The notes under the pieces were generated by a model. The model had not been told where the DNA came from and did not search any database. It was given only the letters and a program-made list of their open reading frames with translations. Source: Schaalia odontolytica (lineage in GTDB: Bacteria; Actinomycetota; Actinomycetes; Actinomycetales; Actinomycetaceae). From it: DNA of 32,000 bases. The stretch spans positions 2,070,001 through 2,102,000 of the forward strand of contig NZ_CP040006.1 in NCBI RefSeq assembly GCF_005696695.1, given 5' to 3'. The translations under genes were made by a program, and so were the position numbers. Each line of letters begins with the position of its first letter. Position 1 is the first letter of the stretch. Positions 22,863 to 32,000 of the stretch are shown here, piece after piece.

Positions 22863-25586
22863 CTAGTTGATGCGGCGGATGCGCTTCTGGTGGCGGGGCG
22901 TCAGGATAATTGCGACGAGGGCGCACAGGATCGGCATGCCGATCAGCATGCCCAGCAGGGCTCCCCAAGGAACGATGGGGCGCAGCGTCGTGGTCAGCGT
23001 CGGGAAGATCCCCGAATTCGCGAAGGTGATGACGGCCAGCACGCCCACAACGAGGCCGGAGAGCACAGCCGTCGGAATCGCGTTGAGCGCAAGCACCACG
23101 CCCTGCCACGTGGTGACGTGGCGGCGCATCGAGGGAGCGGCACCGATTGCATCAAGGGTGTCGAGGTCCGGGCGCATATCCGAGGAAGACAGTGCCACCA
23201 CGAGGGCAACCGTCGCCGCAGCCGCGACGACAGCAATCAGGGCGGCAACGTAGGGCAGAACCAGCGACCGCATCGTCGGGGCGATCACCTGTGCGGAGGC
23301 ACCGGGGACCTGGCGCGCAATCGTCGTCTGGAAGGTGGGCGCGTCCACCGGATTCACCGGCTTCTCGACGGTGAGGAGCTCGCCGAGGGGCACGGCGCGC
23401 AGGCCGAGGGCTTCGGAGGCCTGCGGGGACAACACCATGACGTTGATACGCGTGAGGGGCGAGGCCGGGAAGGTCATCGTCCTCTGCACGAGGGCGTCCG
23501 GCAGGTCATCATCGGAGGCACCGGCGGCCTTGGCGGCAGCAATCGCCGACATGTCGAGGCTGCGCAGGTCCGCCTGGCCGGCGCCGTTAATCAGCTTCGG
23601 ATCGGGCACGAGGACGCCACCGGCGTTCAGGGTGGCGATCGCTCGGACCATGTCGTCCTCGTTCAGGTAGCCGGCCTCGCGCAGGTAGGTGCCGTCATCG
23701 ACGATGTAGGCGACGTCGATCTCCGCCATCGTTCCCATGTCATCGCGCATCGTGAGCGTCGACTTGTCGACGGGGTTCACGGCCTCGACCATGGTCTCCG
23801 GGCCACCTGGGCCACTGTTCCACGCCATGCCGTTCATGATGGCGCTGGAGGTGACCGTGCGCTCCCCATCGACGACCTGCTGGGCCGACTGAAGAAGGTT
23901 GCGGGTGCGCGTCACCGAGTCGGTCTTATCGACCGTCGAGAGGAAGACCTGCCCACGCTGCCCGGCGTGCGGGCGCGAGTTCCAGCCGGCCTCGTTCGAC
24001 GAGGACAGGGTGATGAGCAGGCCGCAGGCGACGAACACGGTCGTCAGGATCGAGGCCATGGCGGGGAACGTGCGGTGGCCGTTACGCACGGCGTCGCGAA
24101 GCGCCAGGCGCATGCTCATCGACGCGCGACGATTGGGCGCACGCCAGCGGGTGAAGATGTAGGGGATCGACCCGATGAGGCCGGCCTCGAGCAGACCGAC
24201 ACCAACGACGAGGGCGAGCACCCACCCGCGCCAGGCGGCAATCCCCAGCAGCGGGAGTCCGGCCAGCAGCGCCAGGGGGTAGATCATGCGACGACGCACG
24301 AGGCGGGAGGGCTCCCACACGCGCCCGCCGATGACTGCGGACGTGTTGATGTGCGACGAGGTGTGCGCCGGCGACACGGACGCCATGAGGGACAGCAGGA
24401 TCGGCAGGAGCACCGACAGGGCCAGCGGCCACCACGGCACGATGCCGATGCCGAGGCCCGACCAGATGCCGATGCCCACCATGCCGCAGGCGGACAGCAC
24501 GGCGGAGACAAGCCCCGAGTACAGGCCGATGACGAGGCCGTGGGCGATCGTCAGGCGACGACCGTCGGACTGGTCGCCGCCGTTGGCGACGATCATGGCT
24601 GCCGTGCGCATGACCGATCGCTGGGCGACGGTGTAGAGCGGCGAGATGAGCAGGATCATCTCGGTGAGGATGAGGAGGATGCCTGCGACCAGCAGAAGGT
24701 ACTGCCAGGGGTTGGTAGCACGATTGTTTTGGGGGCCCTCGTACTGAGCGAACTGGGCGGGCAGAGCCGAAACGTCCGGCGGATCAGCGAGTACCTGTCG
24801 CGACACGACGGAGAATCCCGACTGGTTGATCTGACGAATATGGTCCCAGGTCACCGGAGTCGGGCCGGTGACGAACCAGGCGGTCTGCGTGCGTCCCGCC
24901 ACCGCGAGACGGTCAATGTCGATCGTGCCGTCACCGATGATCGCCCGATTCATACCGGGAATGATCTCGTCGATGACGACGCTTCCCGTGAGCGCCTGAG
25001 TGGTGCGATCCTTGGCGACAGTCAGCGACAGCGTGAGCGTATCGCCCACCTCGGCCTTGAGTGCGCGCGCGACGTCGTCCGAAATGACGGCGTGGTTCGC
25101 GGCGAGCGCGCCGCTCTTTCCACCCGCATTCACGCGTGGAGCATCCAGCGTGGCCGTCTGGGTGCCTGAGTCAACCGTGTAGCCCGTTCCATCCTGCGTC
25201 GTGAGGTGGAGCTGGTAGAGGGTGTCGACGGCGATCAGTTGGTCCCCCGCCGGCACCCAGTCGGTGAGGGTGCTCTGGGTAACCGTCACTTCCTCGTCAG
25301 AGGCCGTCTTCGATAGAAAGTCGGCGGTGATATCTTGCTCGATGGCCGTCGACGAGCGGTGCAGGGTGACCGCCTGGACGTCGGAACGGTGGCCGAGCCA
25401 CGACGCGGCCTGGTAGCGCTGGGAGGTCGTCACGTCCCAGAACGTGATCGCGCCGATCGCGATAACGATCGGCAGCGAGATGAGAAAAACCGCCGTCAGC
25501 GTGCGCCCCAGGCTTTGGCGCGCATCACGAGAGGCGATGCGGAGTACTACTCCCCATCGCCTCATTCGTGTGTTGAGTCGACTCAT
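22863..25586 (-). CDS. ABC transporter permease, FtsX/MacB-type with two FtsX modules (907 aa)
   Basis: N-terminal ASRDARQSLGRTLTAVFLISLPI is typical of FtsX-like permeases. Two clusters of TM helices are separated by large extracytoplasmic regions. The ATG overlaps the ATPase stop by 1 nt (TGATG). Confidence 0.82.
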   Translation of the reverse strand: MSRLNTRMRRWGVVLRIASRDARQSLGRTLTAVFLISLPIVIAIGAITFWDVTTSQRYQAASWLGHRSDVQAVTLHRSSTAIEQDITADFLSKTASDEEVTVTQSTLTDWVPAGDQLIAVDTLYQLHLTTQDGTGYTVDSGTQTATLDAPRVNAGGKSGALAANHAVISDDVARALKAEVGDTLTLSLTVAKDRTTQALTGSVVIDEIIPGMNRAIIGDGTIDIDRLAVAGRTQTAWFVTGPTPVTWDHIRQINQSGFSVVSRQVLADPPDVSALPAQFAQYEGPQNNRATNPWQYLLLVAGILLILTEMILLISPLYTVAQRSVMRTAAMIVANGGDQSDGRRLTIAHGLVIGLYSGLVSAVLSACGMVGIGIWSGLGIGIVPWWPLALSVLLPILLSLMASVSPAHTSSHINTSAVIGGRVWEPSRLVRRRMIYPLALLAGLPLLGIAAWRGWVLALVVGVGLLEAGLIGSIPYIFTRWRAPNRRASMSMRLALRDAVRNGHRTFPAMASILTTVFVACGLLITLSSSNEAGWNSRPHAGQRGQVFLSTVDKTDSVTRTRNLLQSAQQVVDGERTVTSSAIMNGMAWNSGPGGPETMVEAVNPVDKSTLTMRDDMGTMAEIDVAYIVDDGTYLREAGYLNEDDMVRAIATLNAGGVLVPDPKLINGAGQADLRSLDMSAIAAAKAAGASDDDLPDALVQRTMTFPASPLTRINVMVLSPQASEALGLRAVPLGELLTVEKPVNPVDAPTFQTTIARQVPGASAQVIAPTMRSLVLPYVAALIAVVAAAATVALVVALSSSDMRPDLDTLDAIGAAPSMRRHVTTWQGVVLALNAIPTAVLSGLVVGVLAVITFANSGIFPTLTTTLRPIVPWGALLGMLIGMPILCALVAIILTPRHQKRIRRIN

Positions 25587-26323
25587 CAGATCCTTGGTGC
25601 AGTGTCAGCCAGCAGATCCCTCAGCGAGTCTCCGCGCGAGCGGTCGACGATGCGACCGTCGCGGAGGAAGACTGTGCGGTCCGCCCATGCGGCCATTCGG
25701 GCCTCATGAGTAACGAGGATACCGGCTGCACCCGCATCAATGTGGTCACGCAACACCAACATGATCTGGTCGCTCGTGTGCGAGTCCAGCGCGCCCGTCG
25801 GCTCATCCGCAAGAATGACCGAGCGGTTACCCACGAGGCCTCGGGCGATCGCGATGCGCTGACGCTGACCACCCGAGAGACGCTCGGGGAAGCGATCCGC
25901 GAGCTCGGCGACGCCGACCTCTTCGAGGGCAGCCATGGCGGCCTCGCGCACCTTCGACGGGCTAACCCCGTCCAGTTGCAGCGGCATCTCAACGTTTTCG
26001 AGGGCCGACAGGGACGGGATCAGGTTGTAGTCCTGGAAGACGTAACCGATGGAACGGCGACGCACCTCAGCACGGTGAGCCGCATCCATCGTGGCCATAT
26101 CGACGCCGTTGATGAAGACACTTCCGTGCGTCGGACGCTCCAGTCCGCCAGCGATCGACAGCAGGGTCGACTTGCCGGATCCAGAGGGGCCCATAACAGC
26201 GAGAAGCTCGCCGGGGGCGACCTCAAGGTCGATCCCGTCGAGCGCTCTCACTCGGACGCCGTCGGCGCCGAACTCATGTCCGACACCCGCCATCCTGATC
26301 GGTAGCGGCACAGGCTGGCTCAT
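25586..26323 (-). CDS. ABC transporter ATP-binding protein (MacB/LolD-type)
   Basis: Walker A GPSGSGKST, Q-loop YVFQDY, signature LSGGQRQR, Walker B ILADEPTGALD and H-loop VTHE. The start is placed at the ATG at 26323, which overlaps the padR stop (ATGA). Confidence 0.92.
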   Translation of the reverse strand: MSQPVPLPIRMAGVGHEFGADGVRVRALDGIDLEVAPGELLAVMGPSGSGKSTLLSIAGGLERPTHGSVFINGVDMATMDAAHRAEVRRRSIGYVFQDYNLIPSLSALENVEMPLQLDGVSPSKVREAAMAALEEVGVAELADRFPERLSGGQRQRIAIARGLVGNRSVILADEPTGALDSHTSDQIMLVLRDHIDAGAAGILVTHEARMAAWADRTVFLRDGRIVDRSRGDSLRDLLADTAPRI

Positions 26324-26928
26324 CGCACCCCGGCACGCTCCGAAATGCCGGCTTCCGTCTGAGCCCAGTTCATCGAGCGACCCTTCGCAGCAGCGAAGGC
26401 GGCGCGACGAGCGGCCTCGGAAACAGCACCGGACTCGATGTGATCGAGCCAGTTGAGCTCGGCCTCGAGGTCGAAGATGTGACGCTCCAGGATGAGCTTC
26501 CACGCGAGCTCACCCTCGTCGGCCGAAGCCTTCAGGCGGGTGACGTCACGCAGGGAGCCCAGGGTCGAGCGACGCTGGGTCTGGATCATGGCCTCGACGT
26601 CGACCGTGGGGTCAGCGGCGGCCACGGCGAGCTTCATGACGAGCTCATCGCGTTCGGGGTGTTCGCGGGGAACGGGGGTGGACCACCAGGCGTTGAGGAC
26701 GTCGCGACCGGCATCAGTCAGCTCGAAGACCTCGGAATCACGGCCGGCGTTGGTCTCAGCGTGAGACACAACCTGGCCGTCGCGCTCGAGGCGCTGCATC
26801 GTCTGGTAGACCTGGCCGATATTCAGCGGCCATGCTCCGCACGTCTGCTCCTCGAACATCTGCTTCAGGCGGTAGACACCGGCGGGCTGCTGCGCAACAA
26901 GCGCCAGCAGGGCATTGCGAACCGACAT
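26320..26928 (-). CDS. PadR-family transcriptional regulator (with C-terminal dimerisation/effector domain)
   Basis: Winged-helix region ALLALVAQQPAGVYRLKQMFEE...NIGQVYQTMQRLERDGQV. It is the first gene of the ABC operon. Confidence 0.82.
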   Translation of the reverse strand: MSVRNALLALVAQQPAGVYRLKQMFEEQTCGAWPLNIGQVYQTMQRLERDGQVVSHAETNAGRDSEVFELTDAGRDVLNAWWSTPVPREHPERDELVMKLAVAAADPTVDVEAMIQTQRRSTLGSLRDVTRLKASADEGELAWKLILERHIFDLEAELNWLDHIESGAVSEAARRAAFAAAKGRSMNWAQTEAGISERAGVR

Positions 26929-27320
26929 AACTCTCCGTTCGTTGTCTGGACGTGTAGACGATCGTGGTTGAACAGTATCTATCGTACGCGAATTTTGCTC
27001 TTAGAGCGGGGAATTCGCGGTGGGTTACCTAACACAAAGCCTACCGCCCGGTTAGACAGGAGACCCCGAATTTTCAGGCTATATCACAGATATTGACCAC
27101 TATACCAATTTAAGTGTCAACCACATTGCAGACGCCATTCAAGGGTTTTTCAGCGACATTTCAGCGCTTCCCTACTCACGCGGTCAGACCCCTCAAAAGA
27201 GAGGACGACGAGCATCCAAAACCGGGAAAAACACCGCAAACAGGCCGACTGACCGCCAGGACAGAAATAATTTGTCACCCGACGTTCTCAGACTGTGAGA
27301 TCTGCGGTTCAGGAGTTGGA

Positions 27321-28145
27321 CTACTCAGAGAGAACATCCTCGATATCTTCCCAGAGCACCCCCGGCGATGACGGCGCAGCAACCGCCCAGAACTCACCAT
27401 CCGCGCCCGTCAGCAGGGGCACCTCGTCGGGATACAGCTCGGTGAATTCAACGCCGGCCAGCACCTCGCAGACCTCCTCGCTGGTGGCGAGCAATCGCCA
27501 GCTTTCGCCCGACAGGCTCGGGTAGGACGCCACATCGACAACCCGCACGGCCAGACCCACCCACGCCTCATCCGCGACATCCGCCCAGAAGGTCCCCGTC
27601 ACCTCGTCGACCTCGACATCAATCACCTCGGCAATCTCGCGAGCGACCTTCGGCACCTCCACGAGTATTTCCGTCACCTCCGCCCGTTCGAGGGCACCGA
27701 AGAGCGTCGCCGGCACCGCCGTCGGCACAATCCCCTCGCCGGAAGGCTCACCGATAGCGCTGAGCTCGAAGAACGTGTCGCGCAGCTGCGCGGAGTCGAC
27801 CACCCACACCGACAACGGGTCATCCTCGCCGGGAAGTGGCAGCCCGTCATCGCATCGCAGCACCGCGGCAGAGTGCGGGCCAACGAAGAAGGTGGATCGC
27901 CGGCACCCAGCCGGAGCGACGACCCAGGCGGTCAACACCTTCGTCGCCTGCGAGAACGCCTGAAGGAGAGCAGCGAGGCGGGGGACGGGAGTATCACCAA
28001 CGACGAGGCCCTGGCCGCGCAGCAGCTCAACGAACGGATGGTCGGGGTCAGTCAGAAGTCCGTCGGCGTATGAGCGCAGCGCCTCGCACTCCATCGCGCT
28101 CATATCGAAGACGACGCCGTCCTCAGTCTCGTATGCATTGATCAT
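27321..28145 (-). CDS. Hypothetical highly acidic cytoplasmic protein (274 aa)
   Basis: Long ORF with coding-like composition, no TM segment or signal peptide, and a strong Asp/Glu excess. No motif recognised with confidence; there is only a vague resemblance in size and acidity to EspG-type chaperones. Confidence 0.5.
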   Translation of the reverse strand: MINAYETEDGVVFDMSAMECEALRSYADGLLTDPDHPFVELLRGQGLVVGDTPVPRLAALLQAFSQATKVLTAWVVAPAGCRRSTFFVGPHSAAVLRCDDGLPLPGEDDPLSVWVVDSAQLRDTFFELSAIGEPSGEGIVPTAVPATLFGALERAEVTEILVEVPKVAREIAEVIDVEVDEVTGTFWADVADEAWVGLAVRVVDVASYPSLSGESWRLLATSEEVCEVLAGVEFTELYPDEVPLLTGADGEFWAVAAPSSPGVLWEDIEDVLSE

Positions 28146-28299
28146 GATTCCTCCTGCGCTCTCACACCAGCGCCGCGCACGGCTTTAAAACGAGGATAAC
28201 GCTACGACATGCGCACCGACCGCGCCCGCGGACGACGGGACGACGGCAACCGCAGCGCGTGCGGGAGGCTACACTGGGAACGACTAGGAGGATTCACCG

Positions 28300-29178
28300 A
28301 TGAACACCCCGCTTCCCGCCGAGAACGCCCCGGCCTCGTCCCCGATTCCGACCCTCACGCTTCCGACGGGCGCTCCCATCCCCGTGCTCGGTTTCGGCAC
28401 CTACAAGGTCGCGCCCGAGGACACGTACGACGCGGTGAGCCGCGCCCTCGAGGTCGGGTACCGTCATATCGACACCGCTCAGATGTACGGCAACGAGGCC
28501 GAGGTCGGGGCGGCGCTCGAGGCATCGGGCATCGCGCGTGAGGACCTGTTCGTCACGACGAAGGTCGACAACTCCAACCACGAGCCCGATCGGGCAGCCG
28601 CATCCATCCGACGCTCCCTCGAGGACCTGCGCACCGACTACGTGGACCTCCTCCTTGTGCACTGGCCGCTGCCCACGCTCTACGGGGGCGACGTCGCCCT
28701 GCCCTGGCCCGCCCTCGAGGACGCCTTCAACGCGGGCGGCGCACGCGCGATTGGCCTGTCGAACTACGAGCGCGAGCACGTCGAGGCCGTCCGCGCGGTC
28801 GCGACCGTCGCTCCGCACGTCCTCCAAGTTGAATCCCACCCCTTCTTCCCCAACGCCGACCTGCGCGCCTACGCCCAGGGCCTCGGCATGGTGTTCGAGG
28901 CGTGGTCCCCCTTGGCACGCGGACGCGCGGTCACCGACCCGACGCTCGTCGACATCGGCGCGCAACTCGGAGTGGGCCCGACGCAGGTCGCACTGCGTTG
29001 GGCGCTGGATCGCGGCCACGTCGTCTTCCCCAAGACCCTGAGTCGTGAGCGCATGGCCGCCAACTTCGACGTGTTCTCCTTCTCGCTGGATCCCGAACAG
29101 ACCGCGCGCATCGACGCTCTCGACGCGGGCGAGGCCGGTCGCATGGGGTCGCATCCGGCCACCATGGACCGACTCTGA
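28300..29178 (+). CDS. Aldo/keto reductase (2,5-DKG reductase-like), second copy in the window
   Basis: AGGAGG lies before the ATG. Motifs: GFGTYK, HIDTAQMYGNE, LLLVHWP, IGLSNY, ESHPFF, AWSPLA and FPKTLSRERMAANF. Confidence 0.88.
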   Translation: MNTPLPAENAPASSPIPTLTLPTGAPIPVLGFGTYKVAPEDTYDAVSRALEVGYRHIDTAQMYGNEAEVGAALEASGIAREDLFVTTKVDNSNHEPDRAAASIRRSLEDLRTDYVDLLLVHWPLPTLYGGDVALPWPALEDAFNAGGARAIGLSNYEREHVEAVRAVATVAPHVLQVESHPFFPNADLRAYAQGLGMVFEAWSPLARGRAVTDPTLVDIGAQLGVGPTQVALRWALDRGHVVFPKTLSRERMAANFDVFSFSLDPEQTARIDALDAGEAGRMGSHPATMDRL

Positions 29179-29197
29179 GGACGGGTACGATACAGGT

Positions 29198-30517
29198 ATG
29201 GCTTCCAAGCTCACGCGCGCCGACCGCGCCATCGTTCGACTGGCCGATGGCACCGTCAAACAGCAGAACCTCCTCACGGGCACAGAGGTGTGGACCGTTC
29301 CGGGCCGCGGCAACCGGCCCCTCACCGCGCCGCACACGGACCACCACCCCATCGACCACGAGGCCGACGGGCACCACTGCGCGTTCTGTTCCGGCCGTTA
29401 CCTCGAGACCCCGCCCGAGAAGTCGCGCCTGGTGCGCCATGAGGACGGGTCCTGGGAGCAGCTGGACGCCCTCGGCGCCGATCAGCTCGGCGACACAGTC
29501 GCCGAGTTCCGACGCATTCCTAACCTGTTCGAGATCGTCTCCTACAACTACTGGCATCTCAACCACGGGCACGTCCCCTCCGAGGACGACCGTCGTCGCA
29601 TGGCCCACTACCTGGCCTCGGACGCGGGCTACGAGCACGTCATGAACGTCGTCCGCTCGCGCATGTTGGCCTCGGGCATGAGCGAAGGCGAGTTCGCGGC
29701 CACCAGCGAGACCGCGCGCCTCCAATCCGCCAATGGCTTTTTCTCCGGCGGGCACGACCTGATCATCGGCAAGCGCCACTTCGTCGACGGCGCCACCGAG
29801 GCCCACCAGCTGGCCGGGTCCGGCACCCTCACCCCCGAGGAACATGAGCAGTACACCGCCTACACGGCCCGCTCGATGCGCGACCTGTACGACCTGGATC
29901 CCGCGGTCCGCTACGTAGCGACATTCCAGAACTGGCTGCGCCCCGCGGGCGCGTCCTTCGACCACCTGCACAAGCAGCTCGTCGCGATCGACGACATGTC
30001 CGTGCAGACCGAGGCCGAGCTGGAGCGCCTGCGCGCCCAGCCCGACATCTACGACCAGATCTTCACGGTCGCGGCCACGCGCAAGCTCCTCATCGCCCAG
30101 AACGAGCACGCCGTCGCCTTGGCTGGCTTCGGGCATCGCTTCCCCGGCATCGCAATCTGGCCCCTGGGCGAGCCGAAAAACCCGTGGGAGGTCAGCCCCG
30201 AGGCCATGCGGGGGATCTCCGACATCCTGCACGCCGCGCACGCTGCGACGGGCGTGGAGGTGCCCGCCAACGAGGAGTGGTACCACCGCCCGCCCACCGT
30301 GTCCACGCCCATGCGCTGGCGCATCCTGCTCAAGTGGCGCATCTCGACACTCGCGGGTTTCGAGGGTGGCACGCGCATCTACCTCAACACGATCGACCCG
30401 TGGAAGGTCGTCGAGCGCACCGTGCCGCGCCTCCTCGAGCTGCGCGAAGCGGGCCTCATCGCCCCCATGCGCATCGGGGAGGAATGCAAAGTCAGCCCCG
30501 CAATGCTGCGAGGCTGA
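29198..30517 (+). CDS. GalT-like / HIT-superfamily nucleotidyltransferase-like protein (DUF4921-like)
   Basis: The Cys/His cluster HHCAFCSG near the N-terminus resembles the GalT zinc site. A histidine triad-like FDHLHKQLVA (HxHxQ) resembles the GalT active site. The start is moved to the ATG at 29198, 20 nt after the AKR stop. Confidence 0.55.
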   Translation: MASKLTRADRAIVRLADGTVKQQNLLTGTEVWTVPGRGNRPLTAPHTDHHPIDHEADGHHCAFCSGRYLETPPEKSRLVRHEDGSWEQLDALGADQLGDTVAEFRRIPNLFEIVSYNYWHLNHGHVPSEDDRRRMAHYLASDAGYEHVMNVVRSRMLASGMSEGEFAATSETARLQSANGFFSGGHDLIIGKRHFVDGATEAHQLAGSGTLTPEEHEQYTAYTARSMRDLYDLDPAVRYVATFQNWLRPAGASFDHLHKQLVAIDDMSVQTEAELERLRAQPDIYDQIFTVAATRKLLIAQNEHAVALAGFGHRFPGIAIWPLGEPKNPWEVSPEAMRGISDILHAAHAATGVEVPANEEWYHRPPTVSTPMRWRILLKWRISTLAGFEGGTRIYLNTIDPWKVVERTVPRLLELREAGLIAPMRIGEECKVSPAMLRG

Positions 30518-30542
30518 CTCTTCAGGATGCATCCGGCGGGGA

Positions 30543-31835
30543 TTACTCCTCGTCGTCGCTCGAATCCTCGTATCCCGTGTCGGTCGCGGGGTTATCCGCG
30601 GGAGCCGGCTCCGGTTCAGCGTCCTGCGCGCCCGGATCCGTCACCGGATCGGGAGTACTCGGCGTGGCCGGCGCCGGGGAAGCCAGCGCCGAGGTCCACG
30701 TGGCCAGCCACGCGCTCATCGCGTCGAGGGAACCGACGGTCTCGTCGGCGACGATCGGGTCGCCGGTGATGCCCATCAGCCAGCCGGCCTTCGTGTCGGC
30801 GCCGAGCACACCATCGATCGGGTAGACGGCGCCCGTCGTGGCCAGGGAGCGCTGCGCGGTCTCACCCTGCAGCCACGCGATCAGGGACTCTGCGCCGTCC
30901 GACGCGGGCGAGGACGTGGGGGCCGCGTACATGATGCGAGCGATGCACGTCGAGGAGATCGCGGTGCCGTAGGAATCGGCGCCCGTATTCGTCGCCGCTG
31001 CGGCCGCCAGCGAGCGCGGGGCCACGATTAGCGGATACGCGCCGGAAGAACCCGCGGAGGCTCCCACGACCTCGGACAGGTACCCCTCGGACACGTGCGC
31101 GCCGGCCGTCCACGCGGCGATGGCGCCACCCAGGGAGGAATCCACACGCGGGTTGAGGGACTGCGCGAAAGAACCCAGCCCCTCGCCCGTCTGCGCGGCT
31201 GCCTCCTGCACGAAGGCACGGCCCACCGACGACGAGGCCGGGTCCGGGACCGTCAGCAGCGCGCGGATACGCGGTGAGGTCAGATCGCCGAACGAGGTCG
31301 GCAGCGGGCGGCCGTTCGCACTCATCCACGACTTGTCGGCGATCACGCACACGTCGTCGCGGCCGTAGGCGATCGCCGCAGCGGCACCGTCCACGACCGT
31401 GCCCGCGATCGTCGCCGTATCCTGCGGCGCCGAACCCGCGATCGTGCCCGCCGCGGTCGCCTGCAGGGCATCCGCGCCATCCAGGCCGAGCACCACGTCC
31501 GCGCCCGCCTTCGACAGCGCATCCACGCCATCCACCGGCACCGCCGCAACCGTGAAGCCCGTCGCCTTCGTGAACTCCTGCGCGGTCTCCATCGGCAGCT
31601 GCGCGCCACCCACCAGGGCGACGGTGACCGTGCCCGAACCGCTACGAGGAGTCGGAGCATCGATCTTGCCAGCCGTGGTCGTACCCGAAGAAGCACGGGC
31701 GCTCTGACCCGGAACGATCGGCGACGCGAACGGATCCCGAGGCGCGCTCGACGAAACGGACGGCGTACAAGCCGCCACCGCCGTCGACGCTACAACGAGG
31801 GCCGACAACGCGAAAACAGAGCGGGCGCGAGCCAT
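30543..31835 (-). CDS. Lipoprotein, ABC-transporter solute-binding-protein-like, with an acidic Pro/Asp/Glu-rich C-terminal tail
   Basis: Signal peptide with lipobox MARARSVFALSALVVASTAVAAC. The mature part has an alternating alpha/beta SBP-like composition. The ATG at 31835 is preceded by AAGGA. Substrate is unknown. Confidence 0.55.
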   Translation of the reverse strand: MARARSVFALSALVVASTAVAACTPSVSSSAPRDPFASPIVPGQSARASSGTTTAGKIDAPTPRSGSGTVTVALVGGAQLPMETAQEFTKATGFTVAAVPVDGVDALSKAGADVVLGLDGADALQATAAGTIAGSAPQDTATIAGTVVDGAAAAIAYGRDDVCVIADKSWMSANGRPLPTSFGDLTSPRIRALLTVPDPASSSVGRAFVQEAAAQTGEGLGSFAQSLNPRVDSSLGGAIAAWTAGAHVSEGYLSEVVGASAGSSGAYPLIVAPRSLAAAAATNTGADSYGTAISSTCIARIMYAAPTSSPASDGAESLIAWLQGETAQRSLATTGAVYPIDGVLGADTKAGWLMGITGDPIVADETVGSLDAMSAWLATWTSALASPAPATPSTPDPVTDPGAQDAEPEPAPADNPATDTGYEDSSDDEE

Positions 31836-31976
31836 AAGGAATCCTTCAGACGGGAACACTACCGTTCAAGCATAAGACAGGGCACCTGTGGGCCTCGCGC
31901 AAGAGCGCCGCGTGGGGCATCATGGAAGCGTGCGCACGCGCACAGGGACAATCACCCATCACGCCAGGAGGCACTC

Positions 31977-32000
31977 ATGGATTCAGCCACCATCGAAAAG
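31977..32000 (+). CDS. 5' end of an unidentified CDS truncated by the window edge
   Basis: AGGAGG lies 6 nt before the ATG at 31977 (MDSATIEK...). Only 8 codons are visible. Confidence 0.25.

Noticed and set aside
22533-25169. Plus-strand ORF of 878 aa
   Set aside because: Antisense to the FtsX permease. The translation is Arg/Gly/His/Asp-rich with no hydrophobic or catalytic motifs.
8098-27005. Recurrent CAAAATTCG-like 9-mers in several intergenic regions (about 8098, 13061, 26990 on the reverse strand; a partial copy at 3311)
   Set aside because: The motif is short and AT-rich, and it occurs in regions that are AT-richer than the genome, so it could easily arise by chance. It cannot be evaluated without genome-wide counts.
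28294-30532. Minus-strand ORFs 28294..29352 (352 aa) and 28931..30532 (533 aa)
   Set aside because: Antisense to the AKR and the GalT-like gene. Low-complexity translations.
31860-31976. TPP or other riboswitch upstream of the solute-binding lipoprotein gene
   Set aside because: The reverse complement of this leader lacks the conserved CUGAGA / ACCUGAUCUGGAUAAUGCCAGCG elements. No other riboswitch core was recognised.

Overview
High-GC (roughly 65-70% by eye) actinobacterial chromosomal window. The gene content and protein sequences look Actinomycetaceae-like (Actinomyces/Schaalia-type), but that placement is inference only. Gene calls rest on reading the supplied ORF translations for family motifs and on start/stop geometry; no database search was run. 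Recognisable housekeeping content: murT-gatD (lipid II amidation); the HspR-controlled dnaK-grpE-dnaJ-hspR operon with three tandem HAIR operators; a sortase-anchored GH29 alpha-L-fucosidase whose signal peptide sits in a different reading frame; an rRNA/tRNA uracil methyltransferase; a GNAT; two aldo/keto reductases; an M18 aminopeptidase; Ohr; a NUDIX hydrolase; an AAE-family transporter; a padR-ABC-FtsX-S4 operon; a GalT/HIT-like protein; and a solute-binding lipoprotein. Two regions are not explained by known families. (1) 18.7-22.3 kb holds a six-gene operon made of three diverged copies of a translationally coupled gene pair. The small member has a DUF2510-like N-terminus, a TM segment and a helix. 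The larger member has a TM segment, a helix and a four-cysteine ectodomain. This is the best candidate for an undescribed system. (2) 12.3-13.6 kb is a 1.3-kb ORF-poor, repeat- and palindrome-dense spacer between two convergent genes. Many long ORFs antisense to real genes are high-GC artefacts and were rejected.
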